A stretch of 62,149 nt of DNA, filler included, from Deltaproteobacteria bacterium (GTDB taxonomy: Bacteria > JAUYMQ01), in assembly GCA_030698575.1 (NCBI GenBank). It is 11 parts of 11 records of this genome, joined end to end, with 100 filler letters (N's around TTAATTAATTAA, not from the genome) between each part and the next. Parts side by side here need not be neighbours in the genome. Positions count along the whole stretch, not along the records: positions 48,262 to 51,315 come from JAUYMQ010000174.1; positions 51,416 to 56,137 come from JAUYMQ010000184.1; positions 56,238 to 62,149 come from JAUYMQ010000203.1; 8 more parts are not named here. One strand, 5' to 3'. Position numbers and translations under genes: made by a program. This document shows positions 48,262 to 58,501 of this stretch, one piece after another. Below the pieces are notes generated by a model. The model was not told the DNA's origin, did not search any database, and worked only from the letters and a program-made list of their open reading frames with translations. Numbering within the stretch: position 1 is the stretch's first letter; each line of letters starts with the position of its first letter.

Positions 48262-50245
48262 CATTCGTTCGGTGGCCGGTGAGCAGATCAACAATGCGCA
48301 GGAAATCAGATACCTCCCCCGCGAACAGGGAGACGTAAAGGCCAACGAGGGCCTGACCTCGGCTGCTAGTTGGTTCCGCGATCAATGCGATGCCGACGAC
48401 GAGGAATCGGACGCATTCTGGGACTCGTCCATCTGCGGCATTGGTGTCACGGACTCGCGTCTGGACATGGACGACGATCCCGACGAGCCGATGCCGGTGG
48501 TCGAGCGCATCGATCCGCTGGAAATGGTCTGGGACTGTGACGCCCGCAAGCGCAATTTGTCCGACGCACGGCGTTGGTGGCGCGTCAGGGACAAGCCGAT
48601 AGTCTGGGCGCGGGAAAAGTTCCCTGATATTCCCGACTCAGACCTCAACGCCGGCTGGGCCAAGGTAGACGACGACGGACAAGTTTCGGATCGAGACGAG
48701 GACAATCGTTACGACGAAACCAGCGCGTCGGTTTCCGACAGCGACAAATCGACCGAGGACGACGACCGCACCGTCACCATCGTACAGTGTCAATGGTTGG
48801 AGTTGAAGCCGTTCTACAAGGTCGCCGATCCGGGCACGGGGCAGGCGGTTGATGTGCCGGCGGCAAAGTTCGAGGCTGGGCTGAAGGATAAGCTGGACGT
48901 GCTCGGCATCAAGTACGTCAAACTTAACCGGAAGATATTCCGGCAGGCTTTTATTGGTCGGACCATCTTGGAGCTGCGCGACCTGAAATGTCCGCACTTC
49001 ACCTTCAACTGCATCACCGCCTTCCGGGACCGGATCGCCGGCACCTGGTACGGCATCGTGCGGGCGATGAAAGACCCGCAGCGGTGGGCCAACAAGTGGC
49101 TGAGCCAAACCCTCCACATCATGAACGCCAACGCCAAGGGCGGGATGATGATGGAAACCGATGCGGTCGAAGACGTGAAGGAGTTCGAGAAAACCTATTC
49201 GGCAACCGATCAGATTACATGGGTGCAGCCGGGAACGCTGAGCGGGCAATCACCGAAGTTCCTTGCCAAGCCACAGGCGCAATTCCCGACGGGCTTTTAC
49301 CAGTTGATGGAGTTCGCCATTTCTTCGGTTCGGGACGTGGCCGGCATCAATCTGGAAATGCTCGGCATGAGGGAAGCCGATCAGCCCGCCTCGCTTGAGT
49401 ACCAGCGGAGACAGGCCGGCGTCACCATCCTCGCACAATTGTTCCGCTCGCTCCGGAGATATCACCGCAATCAGGGCAAGGTGCTGCTTTACTACATCCA
49501 GAATCTGCTTTCCCCGCAGACGCTGGTCAAGATCATCGGCACGGACGGCAGGCAACAATTCCAGCCCTTGGAAACCGTCAGGGCGATGAAATCGGCGAGC
49601 GTCAAGTATGACATCATCGTCGATGAAGGCCCGACCAGTCCGAACCAGAAGGAGCGGGTGTGGGCGCTGATCGGCGAGAAGTTCTGGGGCCTGCCACCGG
49701 AAATCCAGATCGCGTTGCTGGAATACTCGCCGTTCCCGGAGAGCGTCGTCGAGAAGGTCAAACAGGCCGCGAAACAGGCGAGCGAAGGCCCGCAGGCCGA
49801 ACAGGCCAAGAAGATGATGCAGCTTGAGGCCATGCTGACCGAGGCCAAGGTGCTGCTGACACGGGCACAGGCCGGCAAGGCGCAGGCCGATGCCGTCAAG
49901 ACTGCAACGGAAGTCGGCGTTGAGCCGAACGGGGATGGCGGCGACGACGGTACTCTCGATTATGAGAGCCGGATGCAGGAATTGCAGGCCCGGACGGAAA
50001 CCGACCGGCTGAGAATAGCGGCCGACGCCGAGACGAAGATGGTACAGACCGAAGCCGATGTTGCGGCGAAGCGGGAAAAGATCGCCGCCGACGTTGCCAC
50101 CGAGCAAGCGTGGATGGACACCCAGGAACGCCAGTCGGAGCGCAAGGGCGCACTTGACGCTGGCGTGAAACTGGCAACGGCGGCGATCAAGGAACGCAAC
50201 AAACCCGATCCGAAGTCCGCCGCCAAGCGGCCGGGCGGGGAATAA
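48262..50245 (+). CDS. phage portal protein (P22-like), 5' truncated
   Basis: YLPREQGD, YGIVRAMKDPQRWANK, KYDIIVDEGPTSPNQKE, long C-terminal coiled-coil barrel. Confidence 0.85.
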
Positions 50246-50256
50246 GGAGATGAACG

Positions 50257-50445
50257 ATGCTGCCAACTGAGGCCGTCGCCGAGACAATGAGCGCACACGC
50301 GGCAAACGGAATGGTGGAACGCGAAGCGCTAGAAGATGCGTTTCGCGAATGGTGGTCACTTAACTCCAGCGCCATGGAGTTAGGCGGGACGGGCGATGTT
50401 CACGATTTGCTGTTAAGGCTTATCGCTGCCCGCGCAAAATCCTAG
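50257..50445 (+). CDS. phage hypothetical protein
   Basis: AAGGAG RBS just after the portal stop. Confidence 0.45.
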   Translation: MLPTEAVAETMSAHAANGMVEREALEDAFREWWSLNSSAMELGGTGDVHDLLLRLIAARAKS

Positions 50446-50613
50446 AAGTAGCGGCGTTTCTCTACACACCGTCCCCGGTTTCTTCCCCACGGCCCAGAAC
50501 GGCGGGGTGGGCTATCAAGCTGGATGTATGCGAAAGCAGGCGCGTTGGGGAACGGTGACGACTCATAGCGCGCGCCAACACCGGAAGCCGTTTAATCTCA
50601 CAGGAAATAGACG

Positions 50614-51030
50614 ATGACCTCCTTCCCGACTACCGTCACGAACATCGCCAAGTACACCAAGATTGTCAACGCGGCCGGCGACATTGTTGATCCGTCTGCG
50701 CCGGTTTTGGCCGCTGGCTCCGAGACCATCGGCAAGGTCGATCATTCCACTACCGGGATAGGCCACGGGGTTAAGACGGTCACATCCGCCGGGACACATG
50801 AGGCTCTCGCCGCCTCGACCGCCGCGAAGTGGGTGATCATTCAGGCGCAGACCGACAACACGTCATTGGTTGCTGTCGGGGCGACCGGCGTTGACGCCAC
50901 CGTGGCGACGGGTAACGGCATCCTGATGGCTGCTGGCGAAAGTATCGTCCTCGCCATAGACAATCTCGCCGACGTGTTCGTTGACGCCCTGGTGTCGGGT
51001 GAAGGCGTCCGCTTCGCTTACGGCACATAG
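50614..51030 (+). CDS. phage hypothetical virion protein
   Basis: AGGA RBS; A/T/V-rich beta pattern. Confidence 0.65.
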   Translation: MTSFPTTVTNIAKYTKIVNAAGDIVDPSAPVLAAGSETIGKVDHSTTGIGHGVKTVTSAGTHEALAASTAAKWVIIQAQTDNTSLVAVGATGVDATVATGNGILMAAGESIVLAIDNLADVFVDALVSGEGVRFAYGT

Positions 51031-51039
51031 GAGGCGACC

Positions 51040-51315
51040 ATGCAGTTTCCGGTTTCCTCCCTGAGCTTTTCCAAGAAAAGCCTCGCTGATTACCTCGCCA
51101 CCGCCACCCTTGCCGCCGGTACCCTCACCACGTCTCAGCCGAAGACGCACACGCAGACGTGGAACGATGCCGGGGTGACGTTCCGGGGCAAGGAGAATAT
51201 CTTCACCATCACGGCAGCGGCTGCGGCCAGCACGGTAGAGCGGTGGTTGGGTGGAGCGGCTGGGACGACGGTACTTGCGTCACTAATTAGCAATGGGCAG
51301 CTCTCCATCCCCTAT
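51040..51315 (+). CDS. phage hypothetical (tail fibre-like) protein, 3' truncated
   Basis: AGGAGG RBS; T/A-rich (TQTWNDAGVTF). Confidence 0.55.
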
Positions 51316-51415
51316 NNNNNNNNNNNNNNNNNNNNNNNNNNNNNNNNNNNNNNNNNNNNTTAATTAATTAANNNNNNNNNNNNNNNNNNNNNNNNNNNNN
51401 NNNNNNNNNNNNNNN

Positions 51416-52228
51416 TACGCCCGCGATCTCGCGCGCTATGGCCGGTTTCTCGCCTCGCGCCGCACCGACCCCGCCCGCGCCACGCCTGATCTCGTTTCGG
51501 TCTACCTGGCCACGCTCATGCGGGACGGCCTCTCGCCCCGATCAGCCGAGCGCAACCTGGTCTCGGTGCGGCGGCTTCATGCCTACCTGGTGACGGCGGG
51601 CGCCGCGAAATCGAATCCAACCGAGGACGTCCCCGCGCCCCGGCGCGGCCGGAACCTGCCGAAGGTGCTCTCCCTGGAGGAGGTCGAGGCCATCCTGGCC
51701 GCGCCCGACCCAGCCACGCCCCGCGGGCTCCGCGATGCCGCGATGCTCGAAACGCTCTACGCGACGGGCTTTCGCGTCTCGGAGCTGGTCTCCCTCGAGA
51801 TGCGCGCGCTCAACCTGCACGCCGCCTTCGCCCGCGCGCTGGGGAAGGGGGGGAAGGAGCGGGCGGTGCCGCTTTCCGATACCGCCGTCGAGAGGCTCAC
51901 CGCCTACCTCGACAACGGGCGTCCGGGGTTGCTCAAGGGGCGGCGGAGCGAGGCCGTGTTCGTCACGAACCGCGGCGGCCCCATGACGCGCCAGGGCTTC
52001 TGGGAGATGATCCGGCGATACGCGCGCGTGGCGGGCGTGCGGCGCAAGCTTTCGCCCCACACCATCCGGCACTCCTTTGCGACCCATCTGCTCCAGCGCG
52101 GCGCCGACCTGCGCGTGGTGCAGACGCTGCTCGGGCACAGCGACATCGCGACGACCGAGATCTACACGCATGTCGACGCCGAGCGGCTCCGCCACGTGAT
52201 CCGCGACATTCATCCCAGGGGGAAGTGA
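51416..52228 (+). CDS. xerD: site-specific tyrosine recombinase XerD (5' truncated)
   Basis: [68 protein letters not shown]. Confidence 0.9.
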   Translation, partial: YARDLARYGRFLASRRTDPARATPDLVSVYLATLMRDGLSPRSAERNLVSVRRLHAYLVTAGAAKSNPTEDVPAPRRGRNLPKVLSLEEVEAILAAPDPATPRGLRDAAMLETLYATGFRVSELVSLEMRALNLHAAFARALGKGGKERAVPLSDTAVERLTAYLDNGRPGLLKGRRSEAVFVTNRGGPMTRQGFWEMIRRYARVAGVRRKLSPHTIRHSFATHLLQRGADLRVVQTLLGHSDIATTEIYTHVDAERLRHVIRDIHPRGK

Positions 52229-52234
52229 GGCCGC

Positions 52235-54907
52235 GTGGACGTCATTACCTGCCACATCGAGGCCGACTTCGACGCGCTCGCATCCATGGTTGCCGCGCAC
52301 CGGCTCTACCCCGAGGCCTGCATCGTCTTTCCCGGTTCCCAGGAGAAGGCGCTTCGCGAGTTCATCTCCGATGGACGCTTGCCCGACCTGCCCGTGCTGG
52401 CGCTGCGCGATCTCGACCGCGCGGCGGTCCGGCGCCTCATCGTCGTCGATGCCCGCAGCGCTGAGCGCCTCGGCGAGCTTGGGGATCTCGCGCGAAGCCC
52501 CGACGTCGAACTCCACGTCTACGATCACCATCCGCCCGGCCCCGGGGGGCTGCGGGGCATGGTGGAGGTTTCGCGCCCCGTCGGCGCCAACACGACTCTC
52601 ATGCTGGAACTGCTCGAGGAGCGGGGAATGCCCGTGCCGCCCGCCGAGGCCACGCTGTATCTGCTCGGTCTCTATGAGGAGACCGGCTGCCTCACCTACC
52701 CGGGAACCACGCCGGAGGACTGCGAGACGGCGGCGCGTCTGCTGCGCGCGGGCGCCGATCTGGGCGTGGTGGGGCGCTACCTGCCGGGTGACTTCGACGC
52801 CGGGCAGATAGCGCTGCTCGACGATCTGCTGAAAGCCGCCAGCTGCGTGCGCGTGCACGGCGCCGACGTGGTGCTGTCGCAGGCGACCCGCGAGACGCAC
52901 ATCGAAGGCCTCGGCGAGATTGCGACGCGCGCGATGGGCGTGCTGGGGGCGCGCGCGTTCTTTGCCATCGCGCGCATGGTTGATCGGGTGTTCGTCGTGG
53001 GGCGCAGCCGCGATCCGGCGGTCGACGCGGCGCATACCCTGGAGGCCATGGGAGGCGGCGGTCACCCAAGCGCCGCGGCCGCGACGGTGAAGGACCGCAC
53101 CCTCGTCGAGACGCGGGACTCTCTTCTCGACGCCCTGCAAGGGCGCGTGCGGGCCACCCGCCGGGCGCGCGAGTGCATGACCTCCGACGTGAAGACCGCC
53201 GCGCCCGGCACACCCATGCGCGAGATCGCCGCGATGCTCTCGCGCCTGCGCTTCGACACGCTGCCGATCGCGGCGGAGGGGAAGCTCCTGGGGCTCATCT
53301 CGCGACAGACCACCGACCGGGCCCTGCACCACGCGCTGGGTGACGCGCCGGCAGGCGACTACATGACCACCGAGTTCACCGCCCTCGGCCCCGATGCTCA
53401 CCTGGAGGAGATCGCCAGCGCCATGCGCGAGCATCACCAGCGGCTGGTGCCGATCCTCGAGGGGGGAAAGCTTGTCGGCGTGGTGACACGGCAGGATCTG
53501 GTGCGTGCGGCGCCGGAGGCCGCCCGTCTGGCGGATCTGCTCCCGCCCGCGGAGGACGGCACGGCGGGCCCCACGGCTGGTGATGAATCGGCCAGGCGCC
53601 GCGCGCTCGCAAATCTGCTCGACGAGCGCCTGCCCGGTCCGCTGCTGGCCATCCTGCACGCGGCGGGCGAGGCGGGTGCCGCCCAGGGTGCGGCGGTCTA
53701 CGTGGTGGGGGGCTTCGTGCGCGATCTGCTCCTCGGCGTGCCCGACTACGATCTCGATCTCGTCGTCGAGGGCGACGGCATCGCGTTCGCGACGGATCTC
53801 GCCGTTGAGCTGGGCGGCGAGGCCCGGACCCACGAGATGTTCGGCACGGCGAGCATTCGGCTTTCCGGGCGCCCCGATCTCCCCGGCGAGGGCGGCGCCT
53901 ACTGCATCGACGTGGCGAGCGCGCGGCAGGAGCGCTACGAGCATCCCGGCGCGCTCCCGGCCATCGAGCGAAGCTCGCTCCGCCGCGATCTCTACCGGCG
54001 CGATTTCACGATCAACACGCTGGCCATCGATCTCTCACCCGCGCGCTTCGGCGAGCTGCTCGACTTCTTCGGCGGGCAGCGCGACCTGAAGGAGCGGAGG
54101 GTCCGCGTGCTTCACGGCCTCTCCTTCGTCGAGGATCCGACCCGCGCCTTCCGGGCGCTGCGCTTCGAGCAGCGTTTCCATTTCCGCGTGGGCAAGTTCA
54201 CCGAGCGCCTCTTCCAGACCGCCGCCGCCCACCTCGAGGCCGTCTCGGGTGGCCGCATCCTGAACGAGCTCATCCTGACCCTCGAGGAGCCGCGCGCCGC
54301 CGCCATCCTCCGGCGGCTCCAGGGCCACGGCCTGCTGCGCGCCATCGATCCGGACTTCCAGCCTGACATGGGCTGCGAGCGCCGCCTCGACCGCGTGGAG
54401 GAGGTGCTGGGTTGGTTCCGGCTCCTCTACACGGGCGAGGCGGTCACCGCCTGGGTGCCTGCCTGGCTGGCCGCCACGGAGAGGATCGATCGGCAGGCCG
54501 TTGCGCGCATCGAGGCGCGGCTGGGCGTTGCCGGCGGGCATGCGGATTGCATTGGTGGAGCCCGGAAGGACGTGCCGCGGGCCCTGCGCGCGCTCCGCGC
54601 CGGCGCCGGCGGGCCGCCGAGCGCGCTCGCCGCGGCGCTGCGTCCGCTCTCGCTCGAGGCGCTGCTCTGGCTCATGGCGGTGGCGGAGGACGAAGCGGCG
54701 AGGCGCGCGGCGTCGCGCTACATCACCGAATGGCGGAACTTGCGGCCGGCGCTTACCGGCGGCGATCTGCTGGCACTCGGTTTCGCGGAGGGGCCGGGGG
54801 TGGGAGAGGCCCTGCGCCGGCTGCTCGACGCGCGGCTCGATGGACCCGTCGCGACCCGGGAGGACGAGCTTGCTTTCGCGAAACGGCTGCTCGGTGCGCA
54901 GAACTAG
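52235..54907 (+). CDS. DHH-CBS-tRNA nucleotidyltransferase (probably A-adding type)
   Basis: N-terminal DHH domain (DFDA, DHH, GGGH), CBS pair, VGGFVRD..DLD, ERYEHPGALP, RRDFTIN, EDPTR. Confidence 0.88.
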   Translation: MDVITCHIEADFDALASMVAAHRLYPEACIVFPGSQEKALREFISDGRLPDLPVLALRDLDRAAVRRLIVVDARSAERLGELGDLARSPDVELHVYDHHPPGPGGLRGMVEVSRPVGANTTLMLELLEERGMPVPPAEATLYLLGLYEETGCLTYPGTTPEDCETAARLLRAGADLGVVGRYLPGDFDAGQIALLDDLLKAASCVRVHGADVVLSQATRETHIEGLGEIATRAMGVLGARAFFAIARMVDRVFVVGRSRDPAVDAAHTLEAMGGGGHPSAAAATVKDRTLVETRDSLLDALQGRVRATRRARECMTSDVKTAAPGTPMREIAAMLSRLRFDTLPIAAEGKLLGLISRQTTDRALHHALGDAPAGDYMTTEFTALGPDAHLEEIASAMREHHQRLVPILEGGKLVGVVTRQDLVRAAPEAARLADLLPPAEDGTAGPTAGDESARRRALANLLDERLPGPLLAILHAAGEAGAAQGAAVYVVGGFVRDLLLGVPDYDLDLVVEGDGIAFATDLAVELGGEARTHEMFGTASIRLSGRPDLPGEGGAYCIDVASARQERYEHPGALPAIERSSLRRDLYRRDFTINTLAIDLSPARFGELLDFFGGQRDLKERRVRVLHGLSFVEDPTRAFRALRFEQRFHFRVGKFTERLFQTAAAHLEAVSGGRILNELILTLEEPRAAAILRRLQGHGLLRAIDPDFQPDMGCERRLDRVEEVLGWFRLLYTGEAVTAWVPAWLAATERIDRQAVARIEARLGVAGGHADCIGGARKDVPRALRALRAGAGGPPSALAAALRPLSLEALLWLMAVAEDEAARRAASRYITEWRNLRPALTGGDLLALGFAEGPGVGEALRRLLDARLDGPVATREDELAFAKRLLGAQN

Positions 54908-54921
54908 GGGCATTGAGGCGT

Positions 54922-54980
54922 CGCATGTCATTGCCCGGCCCCGCATGTCATTGCGAGGAGCGAAGCGACGAAGCAATCCC
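54922..54980 (+). repeat. REP-like intergenic element
   Basis: CGCATGTCATTGC duplicated, the second copy continuing as TGTCATTGCGAGGAGCGAAGCGACGAAGCAATCC. Confidence 0.55.
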
Positions 54981-55270
54981 CCGTGCGCTTGGCACCGGTG
55001 GCCTGTGCGCGACTTGGCGGGGCCGCGGTCTTTCCGTGCTCGGCGGGTCCCGTCCCCGCGCGGCGCGACGGCGGCGCACCCCCTCGCGCGCCAGCGAAGG
55101 TCGCGCGAAAGACGACTGCAAGCGCCGCGCTGGAGGGCGACTGGTCGCTGGCGCGCTTCGGGCGCCGCCTTTCGCGCCAAGCGCGCGGGGACTCCCGCCT
55201 GGGCGCGGAAAGCCCGCGACCCCTCCTTCGAGACGGCTTCGACCGTCGCGGCCTGTCGCGCAGAACCACG

Positions 55271-55299
55271 TTGACAGGCCCGACGGGTTCTGCTAAACG
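55271..55299 (+). promoter_or_regulatory. candidate sigma70 promoter
   Basis: TTGACA, 17 bp, then TAAACG with a TG extension, upstream of the site-2 protease. Confidence 0.45.
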
Positions 55300-55317
55300 T
55301 CCGATATTCCAGTAACT

Positions 55318-56082
55318 TTGCCGCGCCCGGGAGGCCGTCTGGGCGGGTCGCGCCTCCCCCGCGGCGCACCGGTTCCGGGGGGAGTCATCGCCTTCCAAGA
55401 CGTCATCTCCACTATCCTGGTCGTGGCTCCCCCCGCCATCTTCGCGATCACGTGCCATGAGGTCGCCCACGGATGGGTGGCCTCGCGACATGGCGACCAG
55501 ACCGCGCGAATGCTCGGCCGGCTCACGCTGAACCCGATTCCCCACATCGATCCCGTGGGGACGATTCTGCTCCCGCTGATACTGGCGGTCTCCGGCGCGC
55601 CGATCATCGGCTGGGCGAAGCCCGTGCCGGTGAACCCGAACAATCTCCGCGACCCGAAGCGGGACATGGGGATCGTGTCGGCGGCGGGGCCGTTGACGAA
55701 CCTCGGCCTCGCGGCCATCTGCGGTCTGATCCTGAAGCTCGCGATTCTGGCCTTTCCGGTGGAGGTCACGCCGGACGGCGTCATCATGAGCGGCATCGGT
55801 CAGCCCGTCATTCTGATGCTCATCTGGGGCATCCGGATCAACGTGATGCTCGCGATTTTCAATCTGCTGCCGATTCCCCCGATGGACGGCAGCAAGGTGG
55901 CCATATCGGTGCTGCCGATGCCCTACGCGGGATGGTTCATGCGGCTCGAGCGATACGGGTTCCTGCCGCTGATGCTTCTCTTCTTCATCCCCACGACGAA
56001 CCGCATGATCGGGAATATCATCTGGCCTATTTCGTCGGCGCTGACGAACTTCTTCATCGAATTCCCCGCGCAGTTTTTCTGA
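55318..56082 (+). CDS. site-2 protease (M50 family); true start possibly near 55385
   Basis: HEVAH, RLTLNP, GWAKPVP, AAGPLTN, FNLLPIPPMDG. Confidence 0.92.
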   Translation: MPRPGGRLGGSRLPRGAPVPGGVIAFQDVISTILVVAPPAIFAITCHEVAHGWVASRHGDQTARMLGRLTLNPIPHIDPVGTILLPLILAVSGAPIIGWAKPVPVNPNNLRDPKRDMGIVSAAGPLTNLGLAAICGLILKLAILAFPVEVTPDGVIMSGIGQPVILMLIWGIRINVMLAIFNLLPIPPMDGSKVAISVLPMPYAGWFMRLERYGFLPLMLLFFIPTTNRMIGNIIWPISSALTNFFIEFPAQFF

Positions 56083-56237
56083 GTGGGAAGCAACGGGCCC
56101 CGGTGCATTCGGGGACGAGAGAGTCGAAGGGACGATGNNNNNNNNNNNNNNNNNNNNNNNNNNNNNNNNNNNNNNNNNNNNTTAATTAATTAANNNNNNN
56201 NNNNNNNNNNNNNNNNNNNNNNNNNNNNNNNNNNNNN

Positions 56238-56347
56238 GATTCGGCCTGCGCCCCGCCCAGATTGCGGAAACCGTGCGCGGGATGATCAGCGGCTCCAGGG
56301 TCCCGGACGAGCGGGCGCAGGGCGACACGGCGGAGCGCCTTCCTTGA
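56238..56347 (+). CDS. C-terminal fragment, possibly 1-deoxy-D-xylulose-5-phosphate synthase
   Basis: FGLRPAQIAETV tail and the common dxs-tlyA gene order. Confidence 0.35.
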
Positions 56348-57159
56348 GCCCGGGCTCCGGGCGCGCGCCTTCCGGATCCACCGGCGGCCCACGTGGAGGC
56401 AAGGCCCCCGCAGGCAAGGCCCAGGCAGGCAAGGCGCGGGCCGACCTCCTGCTGGTCGAGCGGGGACTCGCCGAGAGTCGTGAGAAGGCGCGCGCGCTCA
56501 TTCTCGCCGGGCAGGTCCATGCCGGCGGCCGGCGCGTGGACAAGCCGGGGATCCTCGTCCCTGGCGACGCGGAGCTCGAGGTGCGCGGGGGGCTCCCCTT
56601 CGTCGGGCGCGGCGGGGTAAAGCTTGCCGGGGCGCTGGACGCGCTGCGGCTCGACGTGCGCGGGGCTTTGGCCCTCGATGCGGGGGCGTCGACCGGGGGC
56701 TTTTGCGACTGCCTGCTACAACGGGGTGCACGCGGGGTCTACGCGGTCGACGTCGGCTACGGGCAGCTCGCCTGGAAGATCCGCTCCGATCCGCGCGTCA
56801 CCGTCATGGATCGCACGAACCTTCGCCACCTCCGCCCCGAAGCGCTCCCCGAGCGTCCCGATCTCGTCACGCTCGATCTTGCCTTCATCTCGCTCCGTAC
56901 CGTGCTTCCCGCCGTCCGGCAGCTTCTGGCGCCCGGGGGCAGGGTCCTGGCCCTCGTGAAGCCGCAGTTCGAGGTGGGCAAGGGGCGCGTCGGGAAGGGG
57001 GGTGTGGTTCGCGACGAGGGGCTACAGCGGGAATCGGTCGCGGCGGTGCTGGAGGCGGCGCGTGCGCTTTCCTTTAGCGAGGGCGGAAGCGTGGAATCGC
57101 CCATTCGCGGGGAGGCGGGCAACCGGGAGTTTTTCGTGTTGCTGCAAGGCCCTGCCTGA
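56344..57159 (+). CDS. tlyA: TlyA-family rRNA methyltransferase
   Basis: S4 domain RADLLLVERGL, GRGGVKL, DAGASTGGF, DVGYGQL, LVKPQFE, GNREF. Confidence 0.93.
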   Translation: MSPGSGRAPSGSTGGPRGGKAPAGKAQAGKARADLLLVERGLAESREKARALILAGQVHAGGRRVDKPGILVPGDAELEVRGGLPFVGRGGVKLAGALDALRLDVRGALALDAGASTGGFCDCLLQRGARGVYAVDVGYGQLAWKIRSDPRVTVMDRTNLRHLRPEALPERPDLVTLDLAFISLRTVLPAVRQLLAPGGRVLALVKPQFEVGKGRVGKGGVVRDEGLQRESVAAVLEAARALSFSEGGSVESPIRGEAGNREFFVLLQGPA

Positions 57160-57193
57160 ATGCCCTGGCAGAATGCTCTGGCAGAATGCTCTG
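57158..57193. repeat. short tandem repeat, 13-bp unit, about 3 copies
   Basis: GAATGCCCTGGCA GAATGCTCTGGCA GAATGCTCTG. Confidence 0.7.
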
Positions 57194-57343
57194 AATGACA
57201 CATTCAATTCCCGCCGACCGGGTGGTAAATTCTTGTTGGCGCCCGCGGAAGGGACGCCGATAGGAATACAGAAGTTCGAGGGCCCCGCGCCGTCTGCGGG
57301 GCTGGAGGCCGGGCCATGGCCCGGGGAGGACCGGGTAGCCGAC

Positions 57344-58348
57344 GTGCTGCGCTTTGGACTGATCGGCATGGGTGCGCACGGGTCGCGCTACGCGGCCCAT
57401 CTGGCGCAGGACGTTCCGGGGGCGCGGCTCGCGGCGGTATGCCGGCGGGATCGCGCGGCCGGCGAGGCCTGGGCGGCAGCGCACGGCGCGCGGTTTTACG
57501 AAGACTACGACGGCCTCATTGCCGATCCCGGCGTGGACGCAGTGGCCGCCGTCACGACGCCCGATCTCCACCTCGACATCGCGCGCAAGGCTGCCTCCCG
57601 GGGGAAGCACCTTCTCATCGAGAAGCCGCTCTCCGTGAACGCAATGGAGGCAGCGCGCCTGGCGCGGGCAGTCGCCGGCAGTCCCGTCACCGTGATGGTG
57701 GCCCAGACGCTTCGGTGGAACTCGGTGGTCCGGGCGCTGCGGGAGCACGCGAATGAAGTGGGCACGCTTCACGTGCTCCGGCTCTCACAACGGATGGAGG
57801 GGCAGCCGCACCCCTGGCAGCGCGACGAGGCGGTCGCTGGAGGCGGCAACATCCTGCACACCGGGATCCATCTCTTTGATCTCGTGCGCCACCTCACGGG
57901 CGACGAGGTCGAGGCCGTGAGCTGCGAAACCCGGCGTGTCCACAACCCCGCTCTCGAAGACGTGTTCGCCGCCGTCATGCGCCTGGCGGGAAGCGGCGCG
58001 CTTGTGCTGGTCGACAGCTCGAAGGCCACGCGCAGTCGATCGGCGCGCATCGAGCTCGTGGGGGAGGGCGGGCAGCTGGTGGGAGATCACGTGCACGGCT
58101 ACGCCCGCCGGATCACGGGCTACGAGATCGTGGATCTTGCCCCGGCTGCGCCGGTGCACACGGTGCGAGAAGCGCTCTCTGACTTCGTTGCGGCCGTCTC
58201 GCGGGGAGGGCCGCCGCCGGTCACCGTCGAGGACGGCCTTCGGGCGGTCGAGATCGCCGAAGCGTGCTATCGTTCGGCGGCCTCGCGCGGACCCGTGGCG
58301 GTGGAGCGGGCTTCGCCGGAAGCTCTGGATGTTCGGGCGGAATTTTGA
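57344..58348 (+). CDS. Gfo/Idh/MocA family oxidoreductase
   Basis: GLIGMGAHG, GKHLLIEKP, GGGNILHTGIHLFD. Confidence 0.9.
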   Translation: MLRFGLIGMGAHGSRYAAHLAQDVPGARLAAVCRRDRAAGEAWAAAHGARFYEDYDGLIADPGVDAVAAVTTPDLHLDIARKAASRGKHLLIEKPLSVNAMEAARLARAVAGSPVTVMVAQTLRWNSVVRALREHANEVGTLHVLRLSQRMEGQPHPWQRDEAVAGGGNILHTGIHLFDLVRHLTGDEVEAVSCETRRVHNPALEDVFAAVMRLAGSGALVLVDSSKATRSRSARIELVGEGGQLVGDHVHGYARRITGYEIVDLAPAAPVHTVREALSDFVAAVSRGGPPPVTVEDGLRAVEIAEACYRSAASRGPVAVERASPEALDVRAEF

Positions 58349-58501
58349 CGGAAAAGGAATCCGATGTTATCACCTGTCGGGCCCCTGCAGGCCCTCCGCG
58401 CGCCGGCCCAGCGCGGGGTCACGGGAAGTCATCGGGCCGAAACCGGCATAGGCCGGTCAAACCCAGGCCATAGTCCGGCCGGATCCAGGTACGCCCGCCC
58501 C

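Noticed and set aside
51416-52228. Tyrosine recombinase as a second integron integrase or phage integrase
   Set aside because: It lacks the IntI insertion, carries XerD-type motifs and sits among housekeeping genes.
57158-57193. 13-bp tandem repeat as a mini-CRISPR or regulatory array
   Set aside because: No spacers and only about 3 units; most likely a slippage duplication.
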